NCBI GenBank assembly: GCA_963822945.1
Contig: CAWGJO010000027.1
Location: 128,001-192,000, forward strand
DNA from: an uncultured Gemmatimonadaceae bacterium
Lineage (GTDB): Bacteria; Gemmatimonadota; Gemmatimonadetes; Gemmatimonadales; Gemmatimonadaceae
Length of the DNA stretch: 64,000 bases
Direction of reading: 5' to 3'
The stretch's first letter is position 1. Every line of letters starts with the position of its first letter. The position numbers and the translations under genes are program-made. Under the pieces are notes generated by a model. The model saw only the letters and a program-made list of their open reading frames with translations. It was not told the origin of the DNA and did no database searches. This document shows positions 10,215 to 19,273 of the stretch, in pieces.

Positions 10215-10927
10215 CCCAACCATCCTCCGCCGAGCTCGCGGTCCGTACCGAGGACCTGTGGAAGACCTACCCGCAGGAACCGGCGCCGGTGCAGGCCGTG
10301 CGCGGGGTGACGCTCGAGATCGCCCGCGGCGACTTCGTCGCCCTCGCGGGGCCGTCCGGATCGGGCAAGACGACGCTGCTCAACCTGCTCGGCGGGTTGA
10401 CGCACGCCACGAAGGGGCGTGTCTGGATCGACGGGCGCGAGATCACCGGGCTCTCGGACCGCCAACTCACGCACCTGCGGCTGGAGAGCATCGGTTACGT
10501 ATTCCAGGCGTACAACCTGCTTCCCGTGCTCACGGCGCTGGAGAACGCGGAGTTCACCCTGCTGCTGCGCGGCGTGCCGCACGAGGAGCGGCGCGCGCGG
10601 GTGCGCGCGCTGTTCGAACGCATCGGCATGACGGGGTTGGAGGACCGCCGGCCCGGCAAGCTCTCGGGTGGGCAGCAGCAGCGGGTGGCGGTGGCGCGCG
10701 CCGTGGTCGGGCGTCCCGCCCTGGTGCTCGCCGACGAGCCCACGGCCAACCTCGACTCGGTGACCAGCGAGGCGCTGCTCGACGTGATGGAGCAGTTGAA
10801 TCGGGAGGAGGGCACGACGTTCGTCTTCTCCACCCACGATCAGCGCGTCATGGATCGCGCCCGCCGGCTGATCCAGCTCGTGGACGGACAGATCGCGAGT
10901 GACGAGCGATCGGATCATGCGGCGTAG
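10211..10927 (+). CDS. ABC transporter ATP-binding protein (LolD-like)
   Basis: Walker A GPSGSGKT, LSGGQQQRVA, ADEPTANLDS, STHD. Confidence 0.95.
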   Translation: MTQPSSAELAVRTEDLWKTYPQEPAPVQAVRGVTLEIARGDFVALAGPSGSGKTTLLNLLGGLTHATKGRVWIDGREITGLSDRQLTHLRLESIGYVFQAYNLLPVLTALENAEFTLLLRGVPHEERRARVRALFERIGMTGLEDRRPGKLSGGQQQRVAVARAVVGRPALVLADEPTANLDSVTSEALLDVMEQLNREEGTTFVFSTHDQRVMDRARRLIQLVDGQIASDERSDHAA

Positions 10928-12129
10928 CGTCCGGCGTTCCATCACCATGACGTTGCTCGCGTTCGGCAGCCTGCAGTTGGCAGCCGGCGCCGTGACCCCG
11001 CTCCGGGCGCAACTGCCCGACTTCTCCGGCTACTACCAGAACGTCGGCATCGGGACGGCGGCCGCGGCGGGCGCGGGCGCCGGCGCGTTCGACGCGCAGC
11101 GCGCCCGGCTGATGTGGACCCCGTCGGTCGGCCACTGGTCGCTCGATGCCGCGTACGAGCACACCCTGTGGTGGCGGAGCTCCCCGAACGCCGGCATGGG
11201 CGGCGGGCTGTTGTCGAGCACGCGGCCCGGCGGCGACTGGTTGCACCTGGGATGGACCGTGTACGACGGCACACGCGTCAGTTGGCAGCAGCGGTTCGAT
11301 CGCCTGAGCGTCTCGTACACGCGCGGGCCGGTCACGGCCACGGTGGGACGGCAGGCGGTGTCTTGGGCCACCACGCTCCTGCTCACGCCGGCCGATCCCT
11401 TCGTGCCCTTCGACCCATCGGATCCGTTCCGCGAATACCGCACCGGCATCGATGCCGCGCGCGTGCAGTGGTTCGCGGGCGCGTTCACGACGCTCGACTT
11501 CGTGGTTCGGCCGGCGGACACGCCCACCGGGCGCACGCTCACGGCGCTGCTGCGCGGCAGGACGGACGTGGGCGGGTGGGAACTCTCGGCGTGGGGCGGC
11601 GCCATTCACGATGCGCCCGGCGGCGCGGTGGGCATCACGCGCCCGGTGGCCGGCTCCGCGGTGCGCGCCGAATCCGAATTCCGTCGCGACACCCTGGGCC
11701 ACGCGGTGGCGCGAGTCGCGGTGGGCGTGGACCGTCGATTCAGCGTGCTCGACCGCGACCTGTACGGGGTGGTGGAGTACCAACACGATCCGTTCGGCGC
11801 CGCGCGACCGGCGGACCTTCAGGCGGCGTCGCTGTCGCGGGCGGCCGGCCGGCGGGAGCTGCAGGTGCTGGGACGCGACGAGTCGGCGGTGCAGCTCACG
11901 TATCAGGTGCACCCGCTCGTATCCGCCGAGCTGATGGCGCTCTGGAATCTCCGCGACGGCAGCGCGCTCGTTGCGCCGGCGGCTTCGATCTCGTTGAGCG
12001 ACGAGAGTTCGGCGCGGGTCGGGGTGTTCGTTCCCGCGGGGCCTGGGTTCAGATCGCCTCGCCGGCCCGCAGTCGGAGTACGGACCGGTGCCATTCACAG
12101 GCTACGCGGGGCTGAGCGTCTACTTCTGA
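10917..12129 (+). CDS. Predicted outer-membrane beta-barrel protein, apparent frameshift near 12051
   Basis: Signal peptide; GRQAVSW and GIDAAR motifs; a shifted frame ends SEYGPVPFTGYAGLSVYF* (TGA 12127-12129, terminal Phe beta-signal), whereas the unshifted ORF runs into the convergent gene. Confidence 0.7.
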
Positions 12130-12154
12130 GGCCGCGAATCCGCTCCGGCCGCGC

Positions 12155-12643
12155 TCACCCTTCCCAGCTCTCTCCCGCTCGGATCTTCGGGTGCACCGAG
12201 AGCAGGAACGCCGCCATGGCGGCGGCGGCCGCGAAGCCCGCCGTCCAGATCGCCCACCCGGAGATCGCCTCCTGCACGGGGATGGCCAGCGCCTGCATGG
12301 CCGCCACGATGTGGAAGGCGATGAAGAAGAAGAAGAACAGTCCGACGTACCAGAACTGCGTGAACCGCTCCGACACCGACGCCAGCCAGGCGCTCACGAG
12401 GCCGAACACGAGAAAGACCACGAGGTGCGCGCCGTTGTACGCGAACACGTATTCCGCGGTCACACGGATCTTGGCCGGATCGTGGATCCCGTAGAACAGC
12501 GATCCGCCCAGCAGGGCCGCCGTATAGAAGACCGAACGCCCTACGAGCAGATTCGCGAGACCGAACACCGCCGCGACCACCGCATAGCCGATCAGTCCCG
12601 CCAATACACCCTGGCTCAGGATCTTGGTCTGTTCTTCCCTCAT
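12155..12643 (-). CDS. Small multi-pass membrane protein, function unknown
   Basis: 162 aa with about four to five hydrophobic helices; GGAGGG RBS upstream. Confidence 0.75.
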   Translation of the reverse strand: MREEQTKILSQGVLAGLIGYAVVAAVFGLANLLVGRSVFYTAALLGGSLFYGIHDPAKIRVTAEYVFAYNGAHLVVFLVFGLVSAWLASVSERFTQFWYVGLFFFFFIAFHIVAAMQALAIPVQEAISGWAIWTAGFAAAAAMAAFLLSVHPKIRAGESWEG

Positions 12644-12827
12644 GTGCCCTCCTGGATACGCGATCGCCGATTCCGATGTCTACTCTGGGGAGGCAATTTC
12701 CCTACGTCTGTAAGGCATCGGGGCGTGCACGGTAGGGGAAGCGCCCACTGGACCCCACCTTCCCGCTCCGCGATCCTCACTTTCGGGACCTCACGCAGCA
12801 CACACGCCGTCCATCACTCTCGCGCCC

Positions 12828-14444
12828 ATGTCCGAACACACCTTCGACTTCGTCATCATCGGATCGGGCTTCGGCGGCAGCGTCACCGCCATGCGGCTTG
12901 CCGAGCGCGGGCACAGGGTGCTGGTGCTCGAGCGGGGAAAGCGGTTCCGCGACGAGGACTTCGCCCGTTCCACCTGGAATGCGCGCCGCTATCTGTGGGC
13001 CCCGGCGCTCCGTTGCTTCGGTATTCTGCAGGTGAGTCCATTCCGCGACGTGTGGGTGCTGCACGGCTGCGGGGTGGGGGGCGGGAGCCTCGGCTACGCC
13101 AACGTCCTCATGCAGCCCACCGACGCGCTGTTCGATGCGCCGGCCTGGCGCGATCTGGCCGACTGGAAGACGATCCTCACGCCGCACTTCGCGACGGCCA
13201 AGCGCATGCTCGGCGTTGCGCCCAACCCGCGGCTCTGGCCGGCCGACCGCGTGCTCAAGCAGATCGCCGAGGACCTCGGCACGGGCGACAGCTTCTCGCC
13301 CACGCCGGTGGGCGCGTTCTTCGGCGAGCCGGGCTGCGAGGGCGAGGAGGTGGACGACCCGTACTTCGACGGCGCCGGTCCCAGCCGCCGCGGGTGCATT
13401 CATTGCGGCGGGTGCATGGTGGGGTGCCGGCACAACGCCAAGAACACGCTGCCCAAGAACTACCTGTACTTCGCCGAGCAGCATGGCGCCGAGATCCGCC
13501 CGGAGTGTCAGGTGCGTGACATCCGCCCATTGGGCGACGGTCAGGGAGACGGCGCGCGGTACGCGGTGGTCTACCGCCGTTCGACGGCCCTCCTGTCGCG
13601 CCGCACGACGACGGTCCGCGCCCGCAACGTGATCGTCGCCGCCGGTGCCCTCGGCACGGCGCGCCTGCTCTTCCGCTGCCGCGACGTCACCCGTTCGCTC
13701 CCCGCCCTCTCGTCTCGACTCGGCGACTCGGTACGCACCAACAGCGAGAGCATCCTGGGAAGCGTGAGCCGGCCGCGCGACGTGGACTACTCCAAAGGCG
13801 TCGCGATCACCTCGATCATCAATGCCGACCCGGTGACCACGGTGGAGCCCGTGCGCTATCCCGCCGGGTCGTCGCTGATGCGCTTTCTCAGCGGCCCGCT
13901 CACCGAGGGGCACACCTTCCTGGGCCGCGCGCTCCGCTCACTGGGTCAGATCTTCACGCGCCCGGTGGACTTTCTCCGCACGCACGTGGTGCCGGGATGG
14001 GCCGAGCGTGCCACGGTGCTGCTCGTGATGCAGACCGTGGACAACCGGATGCGGCTGCGTCCCGGCCGCGGGCTGCTCACCGGGTTTCGACGCGGACTGG
14101 TGAGCCATCCCGACGCCGAGAGCGAGGCGAGCGGGTCGCCGGAACTCGGGCGCGCCGTGGCGCGCACCTTCGCCGAGCGCACCGACGGTGTGCTCACGGG
14201 GTCGATCAACGAGGGGTTGTTCGGCGTGCCGATGACGGCGCACATCCTGGGCGGCTGTCCCATGGGGCGCGACGCGAGCCAGGGCGTGGTGGACCTCGAC
14301 TGCGCCGTGCACGGCTACCCGGGCCTGTTCGTGGTGGATGGATCCATCGTACCGGCGAATCCCGGCGTGAATCCGAGCCTCACGATCACCGCGCTGGCCG
14401 AGTACGCCGCGGAACGGATTGCAGCGCGCGTGGAAGACCGCTGA
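12828..14444 (+). CDS. GMC family FAD oxidoreductase, cholesterol oxidase (ChoD)-like
   Basis: IIGSGFGGSV, GVGGGSLGYAN, CIHCGGCMVGC, AKNTL, TAHILGG, GVNPSLTITALAE. Confidence 0.9.
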   Translation: MSEHTFDFVIIGSGFGGSVTAMRLAERGHRVLVLERGKRFRDEDFARSTWNARRYLWAPALRCFGILQVSPFRDVWVLHGCGVGGGSLGYANVLMQPTDALFDAPAWRDLADWKTILTPHFATAKRMLGVAPNPRLWPADRVLKQIAEDLGTGDSFSPTPVGAFFGEPGCEGEEVDDPYFDGAGPSRRGCIHCGGCMVGCRHNAKNTLPKNYLYFAEQHGAEIRPECQVRDIRPLGDGQGDGARYAVVYRRSTALLSRRTTTVRARNVIVAAGALGTARLLFRCRDVTRSLPALSSRLGDSVRTNSESILGSVSRPRDVDYSKGVAITSIINADPVTTVEPVRYPAGSSLMRFLSGPLTEGHTFLGRALRSLGQIFTRPVDFLRTHVVPGWAERATVLLVMQTVDNRMRLRPGRGLLTGFRRGLVSHPDAESEASGSPELGRAVARTFAERTDGVLTGSINEGLFGVPMTAHILGGCPMGRDASQGVVDLDCAVHGYPGLFVVDGSIVPANPGVNPSLTITALAEYAAERIAARVEDR

Positions 14445-14633
14445 CCGTCTGACGGGCCGACGGTATGCAATCCCTTCCCCTACCCCGCATCATCACTGCC
14501 CCTACAGAACCTGCTTCGCAAGACACGCACCTTTCATAGTGCAAACGCAGGTGCGTCCTGCGCACCAGACATTCCCGCGCGAGGGAATTGAACGGTCCCC
14601 TCGAGGCGAACTTTCCGACAGAAGGAGTGGACC

Positions 14634-15044
14634 ATGCCGAAATCACTGATCAAATCCCCCCAGCTCCCCGCGCTCCGCGATTCTGCGTACCAGATCTGGC
14701 TGGCCGGACTGGGCGCGCTCTCGATGGCCGAGGATGAGAGCGGGAAGATCTTCAAGACGCTCGTCAAACGGGGCAAGACCTTCGAAGCGGCGAGCAAGGA
14801 TCGCCTGACCAACGTGCGGAACGCCCTCGACATCCGGAAAGCGGCGAGCGACACGATGAGCCGCATCACCGACAACCTGGACGACGGGGTGAACGGGGTG
14901 CTGGGTCGCCTGGGTCTGCCGAGCAAGAAGGAGATCGATGCGCTCGGCAAGCGGGTCGATCGGCTCACGAAGGCGCTCGAAGAGAAGCCGGTGAAGCGGG
15001 CACGCCGGGCGCCGGCGAAACGCCGCCGCGCTGCGACGGTCTGA
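14634..15044 (+). CDS. Phasin / granule-associated protein (PhaF/PhaI-like)
   Basis: QIWLAGLGALS..E.E.GKIFKTLVKRG and RLGLPSKKEIDAL motifs; basic C-tail; AGGAG RBS. Confidence 0.9.
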   Translation: MPKSLIKSPQLPALRDSAYQIWLAGLGALSMAEDESGKIFKTLVKRGKTFEAASKDRLTNVRNALDIRKAASDTMSRITDNLDDGVNGVLGRLGLPSKKEIDALGKRVDRLTKALEEKPVKRARRAPAKRRRAATV

Positions 15045-15047
15045 TGA

Positions 15048-15128
15048 GTCGGTAGGTCGGTAGGTCGGTAGGTCGGAGAACGACGAACGTGGTTGACGTT
15101 CGGACGTACCGACCTACCGCCCTACCGA
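15048..15128. repeat. 8-bp tandem repeat (GTCGGTAG)x3.5 with inverted copy, forming a long hairpin
   Basis: 15048-15076 versus TACCGAC-CTACCGCC-CTACCGA at 15107-15128; inner hairpin CGAACGT-ggttg-ACGTTCG. Confidence 0.85.
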
Positions 15129-15166
15129 TGCACGAGCTTCCGACCGGCACGAACTCGGAGATTGCC

Positions 15167-16396
15167 ATGCCCTCTTCACGCAAGCCGAAGATCGGTCTCG
15201 CGCTCGCCGGCGGCGGGCCGGTGGGTGCGATGTACGAGATCGGCGCGCTGCGCGCGCTCGAGGAGGCCGTGGACGGGCTCGATCTCAATCACGTGCACAG
15301 CTACGTGGGCGTGAGCGCCGGATCGTTCATTGCCGCCTGTCTCGCCAACGGGCTCACCACCACGCAGATGCTGCGCGCCGCGCTGCGCGACGAGCCCGGC
15401 GTGAACCCGCTGCGTCCCGAGATCTTCTTCACGCCGGCGTACCGCGAGTTCGTGCATCGCGGATTCAAGCTGCCGCGGCTGCTCGCGGAATCGGTGGCCG
15501 AATTCGTTCGGCGGCCGGGGGCGCAGGGGCTCGGCTCGGCGATGAACTATCTGATGCAGGCGCTCCCCGTCGGCGTGTTCGACAACGAACCCATCCGCGC
15601 CTACATGCACGAGATCTTCTCGATGGAAGGGCGCACCGACGATTTCCGGGAGCTCGGCGGCCGGCTCACCGTCGTTTCCGCCGATCTGGATTCGGGGCGT
15701 GCCATCCGGTTCGGCGGCCCGGGGTGGGACCACGTGCCGATCTCCACGGCGGTGCAGGCGAGCACCGCGGTACCGGGGCTCTATCCCCCGGTGTGCATCG
15801 AGGGGCGGCAGTGCGTGGACGGGGTGCTCCTCAAGACCGTACACGCGTCGGTGGCGCTGGAGCAGGGCGCCGACCTGCTGTTCTGCATCAACCCCATCGT
15901 GCCCATCGACGCGGCCGCCGCCGCGGCGGCGGGGCGGCTGCCCGACGACGTCGTGGTGCAGTCGGGCTTGCCGGCCGTGCTGTCGCAGACCTTCCGGACC
16001 CTCATCCACTCGCGGCTGCGCGTGGGCTTCGCCCGATATTCGACGCGCTTTCCCGATGCCGACGTCGTTCTGCTGGAACCCGACGAGATGGAGTACGAAC
16101 TGTTCTTCGCCAACGTGTTCAGCTTCCGGTCGCGCCGCCACATCTGCCGCAGCGGGTACGAGGCCACACGTCGCATCCTGCGCCAGCGCTACGACGAACT
16201 CGAGCCGGTGCTCGCGTCGCACGGCCTCGACCTGCGCGCGGATGTGCTGGAGGACCGGACCCGCGATCTCTGGAGCAGCGCCGGGTTGGCGCCCGACACC
16301 AGGCCGCGCGTGGCGCCGCCCAGCGTGACCGATGCGCTCAGTCGTGCGCTCGATCGGGTCGAGGCGGTAGCGGCCGCTCGCTCAGCCGCCAGATGA
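15167..16396 (+). CDS. Patatin-like phospholipase/esterase
   Basis: Oxyanion motif LAGGGPVG, nucleophile GVSAG, DGV (DGG-like); GGAG RBS before ATG 15167. Confidence 0.9.
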   Translation: MPSSRKPKIGLALAGGGPVGAMYEIGALRALEEAVDGLDLNHVHSYVGVSAGSFIAACLANGLTTTQMLRAALRDEPGVNPLRPEIFFTPAYREFVHRGFKLPRLLAESVAEFVRRPGAQGLGSAMNYLMQALPVGVFDNEPIRAYMHEIFSMEGRTDDFRELGGRLTVVSADLDSGRAIRFGGPGWDHVPISTAVQASTAVPGLYPPVCIEGRQCVDGVLLKTVHASVALEQGADLLFCINPIVPIDAAAAAAAGRLPDDVVVQSGLPAVLSQTFRTLIHSRLRVGFARYSTRFPDADVVLLEPDEMEYELFFANVFSFRSRRHICRSGYEATRRILRQRYDELEPVLASHGLDLRADVLEDRTRDLWSSAGLAPDTRPRVAPPSVTDALSRALDRVEAVAAARSAAR

Positions 16397-17556
16397 AGGT
16401 CCCCTGGGCCTCGCAGCGCTGTTCGCGGGTCATGCCGCGGTAGCCGCATGGCGGCCGGCGCAGCCACCGCGCCAGCGAGAGCAGCGGCCATCCGAACGGC
16501 AGATAGAACGCCAGCAGGTCGAAGTCGCGCAGCGCGGCGTGGAGCCAGTTTCGCGCCGGCGGGCGCCGGCGGTCGCGGTCGTTGCGGATGAACGTGACCG
16601 GCCATCCCGTGGGGAGCACGTGCCGCAGGATGCCGCGCGCTCCCGCCTTGCGCAGGCCGGCGCGCAGCGACTGCCAGTTGTACGGCCGTTGGCCATACTG
16701 CGCCACCTGCGCGTTCAGTTGCGCCTGCATCAGCTTGCGGAACCGGTGCGCCGCGCGGTCGAGCGCATTTCGATCAGGCTCGTCGTGATCGGACACGCCC
16801 ACCTCGTGCAGCACCGACCAGACATCGATCGGATCGCCGATCACGAACGTCATGTGCGCGGGCAGCGCCAGATACCACATCCACGGAAAGATCACTGCCA
16901 GCAGCCCCGCCGGCAGCGGCAGGAATGGCACGTGGAAGAAGCGCTGCATCACGCCGGTCCAGCGGCGGGAAGGTGACGTGGAAGGGCATCACCCATTCCG
17001 CGTTCACCACCGACACCGGGTAGATGGGCACGTCGTGGCGCGCCGCCAGCCGCACGAAGCTCGTCCGGAAGCGCTGCAGTTGGTAGCGATGCTGGAAGCC
17101 CTTCCCGATGCCCGGCACGCCCTCGGGGTAGTAGATCACGCGATCGCCGCGTTCGAGCAGGCGCTCGAAGTTGTCGAACGTCATGTCCACACCGCCGCCG
17201 CGCCGCCAGAGGTTGTCCACGCCGAACGGCCGCATCCACCACGCCAGCGTGAGTTCCTTCTCGAACACCGAACGACACTTGGCCTCGGGGCGCAGCCCGT
17301 CACGGCGCCAGAGCGCGAAGTCGAACACGATGGCGTCGTATGGAAACGCGGTGCCGCTGTGGTTCGTGGCGATTACCGCCGGCCCCTCGGCCGGCAGCTT
17401 CTCGGCACCAATCATGCGCGCCCGGAAGTAGTAGTCCGAGAGCGGCCCCACGGCATGCTTCAACAGGTCGCGGCAGTAGTCGGCCTCGAACGGCTCGTAG
17501 TCGTTGGCCGTGCGCGCTTCGCCGGCCGGCGGGAGCATGGTCGCGGTGGGCGTCAT
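16338..17556 (-). CDS. Glycerolipid acyltransferase (PlsC/DGAT-like), frameshift near 16953
   Basis: NHSGTAFPYD and YYPEGVPG motifs in the first frame; continues as VMQRFFHVPFLP...GDPID in a second frame after one extra base. Confidence 0.75.
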
Positions 17557-17560
17557 CGGA

Positions 17561-19273
17561 TCACCCGCCGCGCCGGAAGGCCAGCAGCACGGCGGCCGCG
17601 AACAATCCCGCCCACAGTGGCCAGGTGCCGCCGAACGCCATGATGATCGCGCCGGCCACCAGGCAGAACCCCGCCAGCAGCGTGGCCCGCACGCCCTGCA
17701 GCGGGTTCTCCGCCGGCGGCCGCGTGCTGCGCTCCAGCACGCGCACACCCTCGGTGACCAGCGACGGCAGCTTCACCGCCGCATCGATCAGCTCGGGCGC
17801 TCCCCGCAGGCCCTCGTGCACGAAGCGCAAGGGACTGAACTGCTCCAGGAACACCGTGCGGATGTGCCGCCGCGACACGTCGGCCACGTCGAAGTCGGGA
17901 AGCAGCACGTGCCCCACCCCCTCGAACGTCACCAGCGCCTTGACCATGAGCACCAGTTCCACCGGGAAGTACATCCGGTACTGCGCGCCGCGGGTCACCG
18001 ACTCCAGCACCAGCTGGGCGAGCGAGAACGAGTCGAAGCTCGACGCCCGGTGCCAGCGGGCCGAGATCTCCGACACGTCGCGGCGGAATCCGGCTGGATC
18101 GCCGTCCCGGCCCGGCTCTGCCACCGCCGCCAGGTAGCGCGCCGCGTTCTCGTGGTCGCCGGTCACCAGCGAGTAGTAGTAGTACAGCAGCGCCCGCCGC
18201 AGGTCGCTCTCGAACCGCCCCACCATGCCGAGGTCGATGAACCCCACGCGGGCGCCCGGCAGCACGAGCAGGTTGCCCGGATGCAGGTCGGCGTGGAAGA
18301 AGCCGTCGCGGTAGAGCATCCGGATGATCGACTCGGAGCCCAGGTCCACCAGGTGATCCCGTTCCTCCTCGCTCAGCGCCAGCGCTTCCGGCGAATCCGG
18401 ACGTACGCCGTCCAGGTATTCCATCGTCAGCACGCGCATCCCGCTGCGGTGCCGGTCCACCGTCGGGAAGACGACGTCCGACATGTCGCGGAAGTTGGTC
18501 GCGAAGTTCTCGGCGTTGTCGGCTTCGCGGCGCAGGTCCACCTCGCGGAGCGTGTACTCGCAGAACTCGGCGATGATGCGTTTGGGCTGATAGCGCGGGA
18601 TCACCGCCTGGAGGCCGGCGCCGAGCACGCGCAACAGGCGCGCGTCACGCTTGAGCGTCTCGGCCACGCCCGGCTTCACCGCCTTGATCACCACGTCTTC
18701 ACCGGTGAGCGTCGTCGCCCGGTGGATCTGCGCAATGGAGGCGGAGCCCAGCGGCTCGGGGTCGATCCACGAGTACAGCCGGTCCACCGGACGGCCGAGG
18801 TCCCGCTCCACGAGCGCCGTGAACTGCGCGAACGGAATCACCGGCAGCCGGTTGAGCAGGTTGCGCAGTTCGGTCGTCACCGAATGCGGCAGGATGTCCT
18901 CGCGCAGACTCAGGATCTGCCCGAGCTTGATGTACGTGGGACCCAGCAACTCCAGCCGGCGGCGGAACTGCTGGGGAAAGGGCAGGTCCACCAGGTCGCG
19001 CCGCAGCAGGGGGTGCGTGACGGCGCCGATGGCCCGCGCCAGTGCGTACTTGAGGCCCTTGGCGGTGGGCGCGTCGCGCTGCGCGCGCGTCCAGGCGATG
19101 ATCGCACCAAACAGCAGACCCGCCAGGTGGCGGTTGGTGCTCATGGCGCGGCGCACGATGCCCGGCGGCGGACGAGTGCTCGCTTGCTCGACCACGGCCG
19201 CCGGTTCATGCCCAACGGCCGACTGTCGACTCGCCGCCGGCGGCCGCATCTTCACCGCCGCATGCGCCGTCAT
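17561..19273 (-). CDS. ABC1/UbiB (AarF) atypical kinase with C-terminal TM helices
   Basis: YIKLGQILS, SASIAQIH, FFHADLHPGN, IDLGMVG; ATGA overlap with HMG-CoA reductase stop. Confidence 0.93.
   Translation of the reverse strand: MTAHAAVKMRPPAASRQSAVGHEPAAVVEQASTRPPPGIVRRAMSTNRHLAGLLFGAIIAWTRAQRDAPTAKGLKYALARAIGAVTHPLLRRDLVDLPFPQQFRRRLELLGPTYIKLGQILSLREDILPHSVTTELRNLLNRLPVIPFAQFTALVERDLGRPVDRLYSWIDPEPLGSASIAQIHRATTLTGEDVVIKAVKPGVAETLKRDARLLRVLGAGLQAVIPRYQPKRIIAEFCEYTLREVDLRREADNAENFATNFRDMSDVVFPTVDRHRSGMRVLTMEYLDGVRPDSPEALALSEEERDHLVDLGSESIIRMLYRDGFFHADLHPGNLLVLPGARVGFIDLGMVGRFESDLRRALLYYYYSLVTGDHENAARYLAAVAEPGRDGDPAGFRRDVSEISARWHRASSFDSFSLAQLVLESVTRGAQYRMYFPVELVLMVKALVTFEGVGHVLLPDFDVADVSRRHIRTVFLEQFSPLRFVHEGLRGAPELIDAAVKLPSLVTEGVRVLERSTRPPAENPLQGVRATLLAGFCLVAGAIIMAFGGTWPLWAGLFAAAVLLAFRRGG

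Noticed and set aside
10899..12494. 531-aa ORF as annotated in the track
   Set aside because: Tail overlaps the convergent membrane-protein gene by 340 bp; a shifted frame gives a proper barrel C-terminus at 12129
15048..15128. Repeats as a possible CRISPR array
   Set aside because: 8-bp units without spacers and no cas genes
16338..16396. 59-bp convergent overlap of patatin and acyltransferase 3' ends
   Set aside because: Short tail overlaps are common in GC-rich genomes with few stop codons; no evidence of function
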